A stretch of 64,000 nt of DNA from an uncultured Nitrososphaerales archaeon (GTDB taxonomy: Archaea; Thermoproteota; Nitrososphaeria; Nitrososphaerales; Gagatemarchaeaceae). The stretch lies in assembly GCA_963706445.1 (NCBI GenBank), contig OY970160.1, positions 928,001-992,000 of the forward strand, in the 5' to 3' direction. Position 1 is the first letter of the stretch. The number at the start of each line of letters is the position of its first letter. A model generated the notes under the pieces. The model saw nothing but the letters and a program-made list of their open reading frames with translations. It was not told where the DNA came from and ran no database searches. The translations under genes were made by a program, and so were the position numbers. Positions 29,849 through 38,780 of the stretch are shown here, piece after piece.

Positions 29849-29916
29849 TTGCTTCTTCGTTATGAGATGTTGCCTACAGGCGTTAAAACGGCATCCATGG
29901 AAGTGCATGCATTTGC
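29849..29916 (-). promoter_or_regulatory. Promoter of Tat flavoprotein 2 (GCAAATG, TTTAAC box)
   Basis: On the minus strand GCAAATG starts at 29916 and TTTAAC at 29887; spacing equals that of flavoprotein 1. Confidence 0.6.
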
Positions 29917-29981
29917 GAACATCCCTCCGCAAGCTGTCATCGCGTTGCGGAGCCGGTTTGACACGATTCCCCTAAGTTTGA

Positions 29982-30371
29982 ATGGTATCGCCGGCTAGAC
30001 CTTATATACACACCCAGACGTTTCTCAGATTCGAGAATAACTCGAAGGGCTCACTCTCTTCCATAAGCTTCCTCGTCTGTTCGGCGCTGTGGATTTCCGA
30101 TGGGCTGACTTCGATAATCGGTCTTTCCGAGGGCTTGCAGGAAACAGAAGCGTTCGCAGGATTCCTGCTTGCCAACTTCGGGGAGCCGGGGTTCCTCGTC
30201 TTCAAGTTCTCGATTGCCCTGCTGATTACAGCGACGGCGATCCTATATGGCGAGAGGCTTGAGAAGCACAGCGAGTTCTCTCGCCTGTTCTACTTCTGCG
30301 TATCGGTGTCCCTGCTTTTTGCCGCCGCGCTTCCTGTTATCAACAACATGATACTGCTAGGTTGGTTGTAG
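29982..30371 (+). CDS. Small membrane protein (DUF5658-like)
   Basis: D.LTS.IG...G..E, K in TM2, NN at C-terminus; three TMs. Confidence 0.6.
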   Translation: MVSPARPYIHTQTFLRFENNSKGSLSSISFLVCSALWISDGLTSIIGLSEGLQETEAFAGFLLANFGEPGFLVFKFSIALLITATAILYGERLEKHSEFSRLFYFCVSVSLLFAAALPVINNMILLGWL

Positions 30372-30459
30372 TCCTCAAAACGGCCTGACTCTCATTGCCG
30401 ATAATGAGAATTGTCCCAAGTCTTAAATAAAGTGCGGTGAGCGCTGGCTTCGAGGAAAA

Positions 30460-30816
30460 ATGGCATTCGGAGACCCACTCCAGTGGATAATCATCGGCGT
30501 AATCGTCGTCGTGATATTCCTATGGGGTCCGCAGAAGATTCCTGAACTAGCGAGGGGCCTCGGAAGGGCCAAGGGTGAATTCGAGAAAGCGTCGAAGGAA
30601 TTCGACGCGGCGTCGAAGCAGGTCACCGCCGGCGTCCTTACCGCGGGCACCACTGCTGCCACAGGGACTGCTCCCCAGGCGGCACCGGCGTTCGTGGAAA
30701 AGTCGGGTGACCAGATTCTCGTGGAGACTGCAAAGGCCCTTGGTGTGACTACCGAAGGCAAGTCCAGGGAGCAGATCTCACAGGAAATCATCGCGAGAAC
30801 GAAGTCTCAACCGTAG
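30460..30816 (+). CDS. tatA: Twin-arginine translocase TatA
   Basis: LWGPQKIPELARGLGRAKGEF. Confidence 0.93.
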   Translation: MAFGDPLQWIIIGVIVVVIFLWGPQKIPELARGLGRAKGEFEKASKEFDAASKQVTAGVLTAGTTAATGTAPQAAPAFVEKSGDQILVETAKALGVTTEGKSREQISQEIIARTKSQP

Positions 30817-30843
30817 CCTCGGCAAGGGGCCTGACGAAGACGG

Positions 30844-31752
30844 TTGTCTGAGCTACTCGCCTCCATATATGTTCACCTGAACGAGCTGAGGTCCCGGCTC
30901 AAGGTCGTCTTCCTCAGCTTCCTTATCATACTGATAATCCTCGTCTTCTTCCCCTCAAACCCTGTCTACTCCTTCCAGCACCTCGATCAGTACTTTACTC
31001 TCGCGTTCCTGGAGCATACGGTAATTTCGACTTTCCTCCAGAACATTGTTGCCTACATTCTGCCCTCGAACTGGACCCTCATCGGAGCCACAGGCATCGG
31101 GGAGGGAATGGAGATCTACTTCGTAGCCGCTCTGCTTCTCGCCGTTGTCCTTGACATGCCTGTAATTGCCTACGAGACATACAAGTTTGTCGACCCGGCC
31201 CTGAAAGAAAACGAAAGGGGAATGATTTACCCCTTCATTGCCGCGACGTCGATTCTGTTCGCGGTCGGAATCCTATTCGGATTCTTCATCCTTGCCAAAT
31301 TCCTCGTAATCGCCCTGTCTCCGTTCTACGTAGCCACTGGTATCTCGTTCCAAGTCGATGCAGCCGCATTCTACTATGTAGTACTTCTAATCATTGGTGC
31401 CACGGGGGTGTCATTCACGGCGCCAGTTTTCATCTACTCGTTGATTCGGCTGAGAGTGATCAACGCAGACTTCTTCTCGAAGAACAGGGTCATGGTTTGG
31501 TTCGTCCTTTGGATTATCACCGGGCTGTTTCTGACTCCTGACGGCGGGCCACTGCTTGACATGGTGCTTTTCGTCCCCATAGTCACCATGGTGGAAATCG
31601 CAGTGTGGCTTGGCAGGAGAAGCGTCAGAGGAAAGGGACCGCCATCCCCTCCTCCTGAGAAACCGAAATGGGACGTGAAGTGCCCATCATGCGGAAGGCA
31701 ACAGAAGAGGCCGACTCTGTTCTGCGAGTACTGCGGCAAAGGGATAGCTTGA
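30844..31752 (+). CDS. tatC: Twin-arginine translocase TatC with C-terminal zinc ribbon
   Basis: HLNELRSRL, FVDPAL..NE, LTPD; CPSC..CEYC tail. Confidence 0.92.
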   Translation: MSELLASIYVHLNELRSRLKVVFLSFLIILIILVFFPSNPVYSFQHLDQYFTLAFLEHTVISTFLQNIVAYILPSNWTLIGATGIGEGMEIYFVAALLLAVVLDMPVIAYETYKFVDPALKENERGMIYPFIAATSILFAVGILFGFFILAKFLVIALSPFYVATGISFQVDAAAFYYVVLLIIGATGVSFTAPVFIYSLIRLRVINADFFSKNRVMVWFVLWIITGLFLTPDGGPLLDMVLFVPIVTMVEIAVWLGRRSVRGKGPPSPPPEKPKWDVKCPSCGRQQKRPTLFCEYCGKGIA

Positions 31753-31758
31753 CGGAGT

Positions 31759-31932
31759 CTAGCCCTTGGACATCTTGTCTTTGGCTTTCCTGATCGTCAC
31801 TTCGCCCTCCGACACGTAGAGGATTATTTCGTCCCCCTCCTTCCACTCGAAACCTTCGACTATGGGCCGCGGGAGAGTTATCCTGAGGCTGTTTCCCGTC
31901 TTCCCGAGGATCACGCGGAAGACTACTGGCAC
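31759..31932 (-). CDS. AbrB/MazE/SpoVT-family DNA-binding protein (57 aa, not in ORF track)
   Basis: Manual translation MPVVFRVILGKTGNSLRITLPRPIVEGFEWKEGDEIILYVSEGEVTIRK...; TTAAAT box about 25 nt upstream. Confidence 0.85.
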   Translation of the reverse strand: MPVVFRVILGKTGNSLRITLPRPIVEGFEWKEGDEIILYVSEGEVTIRKAKDKMSKG

Positions 31933-32050
31933 TGGGCCGGCCAGTTATTACGCAGATTTAAGCCTAGGTTTGTCAACTTTCGAGACAGCCCAAGTCAACT
32001 TGCTTCTTGCGCTGTCGATATATCTTCTAGGTAATTACATAGGTGATAAC

Positions 32051-32158
32051 GTGGCTTCCCAAGCTCAAATCGAACCGCCGAGGACGCGGCCGTTCCGGTG
32101 GGCGGAGCTTGGAATCGATCTTTTGGACCTCGAAGCGCTAGCCGAACGGGAGACCTGA
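32051..32158 (+). CDS. Putative 35-aa small protein
   Basis: AGGTGA Shine-Dalgarno 4 nt before GTG; MASQAQIEPPRTRPFRWAELGIDLLDLEALAERET. Confidence 0.5.
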   Translation: MASQAQIEPPRTRPFRWAELGIDLLDLEALAERET

Positions 32159-32214
32159 ATCCGGGCAACGTATCTTCAGCGTGATTTAATTACAGGTCGG
32201 GCAGCATCGATCGC

Positions 32215-32709
32215 GTGACACTTACAGACAACAAACGAGCGCTGTCCTCGGCCGAGGGCTTCGATTCGATATTTGAGATGGTGAAGGTGGCTGCGGAGAA
32301 GACCCTCGGGAGGCACCGGGCCGGGCTGACCCTCGTCCTCGGGGACATCCCCAACAACGTAGGGGCCTACCATGAGATGGGTTCCAACGCAATCGTGATG
32401 AACAGAAACCTCTTGAGGATAGTGGAGAAGCTCGCAAAATCCAGGCCCAAGCGCAACTCATACGTGTTCATGATCCTCCTGCACGAGTACCTTCACAGCC
32501 TGGGGTACACAAGCGACCGGCAGGTCAGGGCCCTCGGGAGACAGATTTCCGACGAGTTCCTCGGTCAGAAGCACTTGGCCGGTGAGATGGCGGTCCGGCC
32601 CCTGGACCAGTTCTTCCCAGACCTCGAGAAGTTCTTCGCCTTCAGAGACAAGGGGGAGTACCAGACGGTCAGAAGATTCGACTCGTCGAGTACCCCTTAC
32701 ATCGGCTGA
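32215..32709 (+). CDS. Putative zincin metallopeptidase
   Basis: LLHEYLHSLG (HExxH). Confidence 0.7.
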   Translation: MTLTDNKRALSSAEGFDSIFEMVKVAAEKTLGRHRAGLTLVLGDIPNNVGAYHEMGSNAIVMNRNLLRIVEKLAKSRPKRNSYVFMILLHEYLHSLGYTSDRQVRALGRQISDEFLGQKHLAGEMAVRPLDQFFPDLEKFFAFRDKGEYQTVRRFDSSSTPYIG

Positions 32710-32759
32710 GCCGACAGTTGTAAATACGCCAGACAGTCGCACCGACCTTTGACGTCCTA

Positions 32760-34352
32760 GTGCTTCAGTTCGGCCTTGTGGCCCTAGACATCATATCATC
32801 CTGGATAAGGATGATTCTTGCCCTCGGGCTGAGCATTGTTTTCGCCCTGGCGATAGGGATCTGGGCCGCCCGGAGCCGGAGGGCAGAGGGGGTGTTGCTC
32901 CCGCTCCTCGACATATTCCAGTCCATCCCTATACTCGGATTCTTCCCCTTCGTGATCGCGGGAATCTACGGGGCCATTCCGAACTTCGTCGGGGCCAACC
33001 TCGCCGTGATAGTCCTGATTTTCACCAGCATGTCTTGGAACATCGCCTTCGGGGTATACGAGGCGGTGAAGGCGATACCGCAGGACTACCTCGACCTGCT
33101 CAGTGTGAGCCAGGCGACCCCGTGGCAGAGGATCAGAACACTCTACATCCCAGCCTCGATGAGTAGGATCGCTTACAACACGCAGATTTCATGGGCTGTA
33201 GGCCTTTTCTTCCTGGTGGCCAGCGAGATCATATCAATCGGGCAAGGGAACTCACACCAAATCCCTATTCCTTACGGCATCGGCGTCGGTGCCACAAACT
33301 TTCCAGCCACCGGCGACTACGCGGACTACGCACTCCTGATCGTAGGAATAGTCGTCGCCGTAGTGATCTGGCGATACCTCTTCCTCAGGGCCTTCGCCCT
33401 GTGGTCTGAAAGGTTCAAGATGATGGAAGAGCCAAGGGAGAAGCACAGCGATCCCATCACCAGGTTCTACTCCTACGTGAACCATAGGGCGATCTCGAAG
33501 CTCTTCCTGATAGGCCACGACGTGGGGGTCAGCAAGTTCACCTCGACCATCTCCAGGTTCGGGAAAGGGCTGAAGTATGCAGTTCTAATCTTCCTTGCAC
33601 TGTTCGGGCTGCTGCTTTTCAGCTCAGTATTGCATTCTGGGGGGCTTAACCTAGGGAGCATGCCTTCCTTGTCTACAATAGGTTCGGACGAAGCGGGGGT
33701 GCTTTATGCGCTGGGGGTTTCCTTCATCAGAGTCTGGTACGTGTATGCGATCTGCGTCGCAATCGGCCTTCCAATGGGAATCATCATTTCGCTGAACTTC
33801 AAGTTGTACGACACCGTCTCGCCCATCCTCGAGGTGATATCCTCCATCCCTGCTCCGATCCTCTTGCCGGCAATAGTCCTCATCCCGATAATCGGGGGGC
33901 AGTCCGAGGCAGTGGCGGCCATAGTGATCATACTGGCAATCATCTGGTACATCATCTTCAACGTCATGGCCGGCGTTAGGACACTTCCCGCGGACCTCAA
34001 GGACCTACCTCACGTATACAACACTGGAAGGTGGGCGGCGTGGCGGAACGTCTACCTCCCAGGAGCCCTCACAGGATTCGTCACCGGCTCAATCACGGCC
34101 ATCGGAGGAGCCTGGAACGCCTTGATCATAGCCGAGTACTTCACCGAAACCACCTCCAAAGGAAACACCATACTCCTCACCCAGGTGGGGAGCGGCATTG
34201 GGAAGACCATCGTCATAGCGACGAACAACGCTGACTACCTCACCCTTACCTTGGCGGTCTTATCGATGACGGTGCTCATCGTCTCATTCAACCTTATTGT
34301 CTGGAGGAGGTTGTACCATCATGTTACGAAGCGTTATACGTATAATCGATAG
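32760..34352 (+). CDS. ABC transporter permease (NitT/TauT type, duplicated TM domain)
   Basis: LDIFQSIPILGF; two permease repeats; GGAWNA.IIAE. Confidence 0.9.
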   Translation: MLQFGLVALDIISSWIRMILALGLSIVFALAIGIWAARSRRAEGVLLPLLDIFQSIPILGFFPFVIAGIYGAIPNFVGANLAVIVLIFTSMSWNIAFGVYEAVKAIPQDYLDLLSVSQATPWQRIRTLYIPASMSRIAYNTQISWAVGLFFLVASEIISIGQGNSHQIPIPYGIGVGATNFPATGDYADYALLIVGIVVAVVIWRYLFLRAFALWSERFKMMEEPREKHSDPITRFYSYVNHRAISKLFLIGHDVGVSKFTSTISRFGKGLKYAVLIFLALFGLLLFSSVLHSGGLNLGSMPSLSTIGSDEAGVLYALGVSFIRVWYVYAICVAIGLPMGIIISLNFKLYDTVSPILEVISSIPAPILLPAIVLIPIIGGQSEAVAAIVIILAIIWYIIFNVMAGVRTLPADLKDLPHVYNTGRWAAWRNVYLPGALTGFVTGSITAIGGAWNALIIAEYFTETTSKGNTILLTQVGSGIGKTIVIATNNADYLTLTLAVLSMTVLIVSFNLIVWRRLYHHVTKRYTYNR

Positions 34353-34370
34353 GAGTCGCGGGGCATTAAA

Positions 34371-35153
34371 TTGTCGCAGAACCAGGTCCAGATCACCTCG
34401 GGGGCAATTGTCACGGTTGACCATGTCAGCCTGGACTACCACCAGGAGAAGGAGCCTTTTCCTGTGCTCGTGGACATCTCTCTCACGGCGTCTAAGAATG
34501 AACTCCTTGCGGTGACTGGACCTTCAGGTTGCGGAAAGTCGACCTTGCTCCGGATAATCTCCGGCCTCATCAAACCAACCACTGGGAGCGTGAAGGTCCT
34601 TGACTCGGAGGTCAAAGGCCCAAGAGACGACATATCGATTGTCTTCCAGAATTTTGTCCTGCTCCCCTGGCGGACGGCGCTGGAAAACGTCCTTTTTGGT
34701 CTAAGTTCCAGGAAGGACCTGAACGAAGCCCAGAAGAAGGCGAAGGCCGAGAGCGCCCTTGAGGTATCAGGACTGGCGGGGTTCGAGAGCGTCTATCCTG
34801 GAGAGTTATCAGGCGGAATGAAACAACGAGTGGGGGTCGCCCGGGCGCTGGCGACGGACCCGAGAGTGATGCTGCTGGATGAGCCCTTCAGCTCTCTTGA
34901 CGATCTGACTGCGGAGAGGCTCCGGAAGGAGATGCATGCCCTGCTCATTAACCCGCAGACTTCAGTCCAGTCAGTAATCCTAGTCAGCCACAATGTCGAG
35001 GAGATAATAGAACTAGCGGACAAAGTCGTCGTCCTGTCAGCCAGACCGGGGCATGTCGTCGGGGAGCTGAAGGTGGACTTGCCGAGGCCCAGGAACAAAA
35101 AGTCCGAGGAGTTCTTCCAATGGGTGGACAAGGTGTATTCCCTGCTATCTTGA
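34371..35153 (+). CDS. ABC transporter ATP-binding protein (NitT/TauT type)
   Basis: GPSGCGKS, LSGGMKQR, LLDEPF. Confidence 0.95.
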   Translation: MSQNQVQITSGAIVTVDHVSLDYHQEKEPFPVLVDISLTASKNELLAVTGPSGCGKSTLLRIISGLIKPTTGSVKVLDSEVKGPRDDISIVFQNFVLLPWRTALENVLFGLSSRKDLNEAQKKAKAESALEVSGLAGFESVYPGELSGGMKQRVGVARALATDPRVMLLDEPFSSLDDLTAERLRKEMHALLINPQTSVQSVILVSHNVEEIIELADKVVVLSARPGHVVGELKVDLPRPRNKKSEEFFQWVDKVYSLLS

Positions 35154-35206
35154 CTCCCCAGAGCTTGCTTAAATCAGCAAAGAAATCCGGCCCGAGGGAG
35201 AGCTAG

Positions 35207-35716
35207 TTGGCTGAACCTCGAAGGGCGCTTCCCACCGCACTCATGATGCCCGCCAATGTCCGCGGAGGCCAGGTCATCAGCCTAGTCGAAGTCACTGGGA
35301 GCATCGGGGGAAAGGTGGACGTATCGAAACTAGCCGACGAGCTGGGGGATGACATAGCCGTCCTCTTGCCTATTCTGGACGCGGCGGAAATGCTCGGGCT
35401 CGTCCGGAGCGAAAAAGGGGACGTGCGCCTCACTGAGCTCGGGTTGAAGTTTCAGAAAACTTCGAAGCAGAAGCTCCACATCCTCAAAGACAGGATAGCC
35501 ACCATCGAGCCCTTCCGGACCGCCCTCGAGATAGCCTCGAAGGGGAAGCCGGTCACCGCAGCCCAGGTCTCCGACGCCCTGGCCGAAATGGGGCTGAAAT
35601 GGCATTACAAGCCGGACATCAACGAGCCTCTCATCAAGGCACTCCTGATCCACTGGGGGATATACGCCGGGCTTCTGAACTACGACGGAAAGTCCGGGAA
35701 GTTCACAAGGGCTTAG
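35207..35716 (+). CDS. AAA-associated C-terminal domain protein (wHTH-like), stand-alone
   Basis: LLPILDAAEMLG, IHWGIYAGL..YD; follows the ABC ATPase. Confidence 0.75.
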   Translation: MAEPRRALPTALMMPANVRGGQVISLVEVTGSIGGKVDVSKLADELGDDIAVLLPILDAAEMLGLVRSEKGDVRLTELGLKFQKTSKQKLHILKDRIATIEPFRTALEIASKGKPVTAAQVSDALAEMGLKWHYKPDINEPLIKALLIHWGIYAGLLNYDGKSGKFTRA

Positions 35717-37242
35717 CTCTCGCCGTAGGAGTGGACAGCCGCACCCTCTACCACTGTCGCTAGCACCCCTACCTTCCTGAAGAGAGCCGGGTGCATCCCT
35801 TCGACGTCAGAATCCAACACAGTCAGGTTCGCCGGGTGCCCGACCTCCAGTGTGCCTGACAGGTCGTCGAATCCGTTCGAAGCCGCGTTCGCCGTGTAAA
35901 GTGAAAGGGCCTGGTTAAGGTTCAGGCACTCGTCGGGGTTCATCCCTCCCCTCGTCATCGCAGCCCACATTCCCAGCACTGGGCTCAGGGATTCCACCGG
36001 GGAGTCTGAGCTCCCAGATGCGACGATGCCGTCCTCAAGCATCGACGCGAGCGGATAGAGGTCGTTCGCCCTCTCCTCGCCTAGGCGGTCGACGGCCCAT
36101 GTGTCGGACGTTATGAAAAGCGGCTGGACAGTAGCGCGGATCCCGCACTTTGCCATCTTGCTCCTCAAATCCTTCGGGAGGAGGCTGGCGTGCTCTATCC
36201 TGTGCCTCTTTGGGTTCCCGGAACCCGTTACCTTCGACAGGGCTCCGATTGCCTGCTCGACGGCTCGGTCCCCGATTGCGTGGATTAACGCCTGGTACCC
36301 AATAGAATCCACCTTCTCCACGAGCTCCTCCAGTTCGGAGTCCTTGCGTCTGAGCATTCCGCTATTGGTCGGGTCGTCAGAGTACGGCTCCCGGAGGGCG
36401 GCGGTCCGCGCACCCAGAGAGCCGTCCGCGTATATCTTCACCCCATTGATTCGAGCCAGGTCGTCGTTGAGCTTGTCGCTGATGCCTTCCTTGAGATAGG
36501 GGATGGCCTCAGGGGGGACATAGACCCTGTACCTTAGCGAGAGCGCACCGAAGGCATGCAGGGAAGCCAGTGCCTGGAGCTCCTCGCGGTAGCCTTCGGG
36601 GGAAACGATGCAGTGGAGGGCGGTCAGCCCGAGCCTCCCCGCCTCAGCCTCGACAGATTGTATGTCGGCGGCGGATCTTTCGACGCTCCGGGGGATCCAG
36701 CTGTAGACCTCGGCGAGGGCCTCTTCCTTCACGATGCCTGTGAGGCTCCCGTCGGCGCCCCTCTCGTATTCTGGCCCATTCTTCCCCTCGAGCGCCAGCT
36801 GCTGTATCGCGACGCTGTTCAGCAAGGCGATATGGCCGCAGACTCTGCTCAGGGCGACGGGGTTGGTCCGCGACAGGTCGTCTATGTCCTCCCTCGTCGG
36901 CATGCCCCTGCCTGGGAAAGCTTCCTGGTCCCAACCCATACCGGTCACCCACTCCCCTGGGCGGGCCCTCTGCATCCCAGCGGACAGCCTAAGTCGGACA
37001 CCGGTGATGTTTGACGTACCTCTCAGGTCCACGCTCCGCTTCAACCACCCGAATTCGAACGGGTGGCAGTGGGTGTCGATGAATCCTGGGACCATGGTCC
37101 CGCCGTTGGCCTCAATTGCATTGCCTTCGAAAGAGGAAATGGACCCGTCGAGGGCGATCCTTGCGATCCTTCCACCCTCGCAGAGGACCGAGGTCCCTGA
37201 TTCCCCGTTCACCTTCGCGTTGCGGATTAGCAGGCCGCTCAT
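35713..37242 (-). CDS. Amidohydrolase (YtcJ-like)
   Basis: PGFIDTHCH, KIYADGSLG.RTA, HAIGD, RIEHA, SSDSP; ATG at 37242. Confidence 0.9.
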   Translation of the reverse strand: MSGLLIRNAKVNGESGTSVLCEGGRIARIALDGSISSFEGNAIEANGGTMVPGFIDTHCHPFEFGWLKRSVDLRGTSNITGVRLRLSAGMQRARPGEWVTGMGWDQEAFPGRGMPTREDIDDLSRTNPVALSRVCGHIALLNSVAIQQLALEGKNGPEYERGADGSLTGIVKEEALAEVYSWIPRSVERSAADIQSVEAEAGRLGLTALHCIVSPEGYREELQALASLHAFGALSLRYRVYVPPEAIPYLKEGISDKLNDDLARINGVKIYADGSLGARTAALREPYSDDPTNSGMLRRKDSELEELVEKVDSIGYQALIHAIGDRAVEQAIGALSKVTGSGNPKRHRIEHASLLPKDLRSKMAKCGIRATVQPLFITSDTWAVDRLGEERANDLYPLASMLEDGIVASGSSDSPVESLSPVLGMWAAMTRGGMNPDECLNLNQALSLYTANAASNGFDDLSGTLEVGHPANLTVLDSDVEGMHPALFRKVGVLATVVEGAAVHSYGES

Positions 37243-37865
37243 TTCAGCACCCTTCTTGCAAAAGCGGCCGATTGCCTCCCGAAGCGGGTCCTCGCCAGTT
37301 TCTTGAAGTCCTCGGGCGAATCGACGTCGAACATGATACCCAACTCTGAGGCCACACCGACAGAAAGACCTTTTCTGCCGCAGGACTCGATGTGGTTCCA
37401 AAAGCTGTCGTCGTCGTAGCTGAGGTCGGGGCTACGCTTGGTGGAGAAGGCGAGGGCGTTTGTGCCGTCGAAACCCATGGAGGGTGCGATGGAGACATCG
37501 AGTCCCGATTTCAATCGCAGCATCCGTCTGACCTCCGCTCCTTGGAGCAAAGGAAGGTCTGAGGGGAGGACGAGGACAGTGCCGGGGTTGAGCTTCCGGA
37601 TTCCCAGCAGGACGGCGGCATTGACCCCCTTGTCTGCGTCTTCTTTGATTGCCCCGACTCCCTCCTCGGCCGCCAGTTCCAGGGCTCTGACATCCGATGA
37701 CACGATGTATGTCCGTCTCAACAGCCCGGCTGATCGGAGTGCCCCCAGCACTTCTGCGATCAGTATTTCGGAGAACTCTCTACGTTCCCGCTTTGTCAGG
37801 ACCCCCGCCAACCTAGATTTCGTCCCAAGAGATTTGACAGGAATAAGCACTGCAAGCGGGATCAA
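37239..37865 (-). CDS. cofC: 2-phospho-L-lactate/PEP guanylyltransferase
   Basis: IPVK....KSRL, PSDLP, GTNAL, FDVDSPED; in cof operon. Confidence 0.92.
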   Translation of the reverse strand: MIPLAVLIPVKSLGTKSRLAGVLTKRERREFSEILIAEVLGALRSAGLLRRTYIVSSDVRALELAAEEGVGAIKEDADKGVNAAVLLGIRKLNPGTVLVLPSDLPLLQGAEVRRMLRLKSGLDVSIAPSMGFDGTNALAFSTKRSPDLSYDDDSFWNHIESCGRKGLSVGVASELGIMFDVDSPEDFKKLARTRFGRQSAAFARRVLK

Positions 37866-38776
37866 ACCTTGAGCAGCTCCTTGGCAAGCCGGAGCTGTGC
37901 TTTTGGACCGTCGAGCTGGATGTCAGTTGCCGTGAAATCGACTCCGAGCGACCTGATGTCTGGCCCCAATTCTCTGTCCTCTTCGGAAATAAAGATGCAA
38001 TCGAGGAACTTCGAGTAGAGCTCAGCGACCCCGAACGAATCGACCCTCGACCCCCGGGCTCGCAGGAACTCGCCCGCTGGGCCGCTGAAGGGGGCCTTCC
38101 CAACAATAGGCGACACGGCCACGACCTTCGCATAGGAGTCCGCAAGGAGCTTGGTGAATCCCGGGATCGCGAGAATGGGTCCGATGCTGGTGATCGGGTT
38201 CGCCGGGCAGACGACTATCCTGTCGGCTCTGGAAACTGCGTCCGAAACTTCTTTGGTCACCCTTGCCTTCCTCCCGCCCTTGTAGCGGATTCCCGTGACT
38301 TTGGGGAGACCGCGCTCCCTGACCCAGAACTCCTGGAGGTGGAGGTCACCCTCCTGTGTGAGGATTCTTGTTTCGACGGGGTCGTCGGTCGCAGGGAGTA
38401 TCCTGCACCTGATTCCAAGCTTTTTGCGGACCCGTTCTGTCGCCTCGGTCAGGCTTGCCCCATGCTGCAGCATCGAAGTCCGGACCAGGCAGTGTGCCAG
38501 GTCCCTGTCCCCGAGCCTGAACCAGGTCTCTTCCCCCAAAGCTGAGAGTTGGGAGAGAACAGAATAGGTGTCCCCGGAGATTCCCCAACCATGCGACTCG
38601 TCTGCGATCCCTGCCAGAGTGTAGGTGGCGACGTCCACGTCGGGGCAGACGTAGACACCGTAGGCCCAGAAGTTGTCACCGACATTTGTAACGACGGTGA
38701 GGTCCACGGGGAGTCTGTACAGGCCCCGGAGCAGCTTCGCTGACCCCGTCCCCCCGGCGAGAGCGACGACCCGCGT
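37862..38776 (-). CDS. cofD: 2-phospho-L-lactate transferase
   Basis: RVVALAGGTG, NVGD, CPDVD, LGDRD, ANP..SI.PIL, SGPA; apparent ACG start after GGTGA. Confidence 0.92.
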   Translation of the reverse strand, partial: TRVVALAGGTGSAKLLRGLYRLPVDLTVVTNVGDNFWAYGVYVCPDVDVATYTLAGIADESHGWGISGDTYSVLSQLSALGEETWFRLGDRDLAHCLVRTSMLQHGASLTEATERVRKKLGIRCRILPATDDPVETRILTQEGDLHLQEFWVRERGLPKVTGIRYKGGRKARVTKEVSDAVSRADRIVVCPANPITSIGPILAIPGFTKLLADSYAKVVAVSPIVGKAPFSGPAGEFLRARGSRVDSFGVAELYSKFLDCIFISEEDRELGPDIRSLGVDFTATDIQLDGPKAQLRLAKELLKV

Positions 38777-38780
38777 ACTC

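Noticed and set aside
31759-31932. AbrB/MazE gene as a toxin-antitoxin antitoxin
   Set aside because: There is no co-oriented PIN/MazF-type gene downstream; it converges on tatC.
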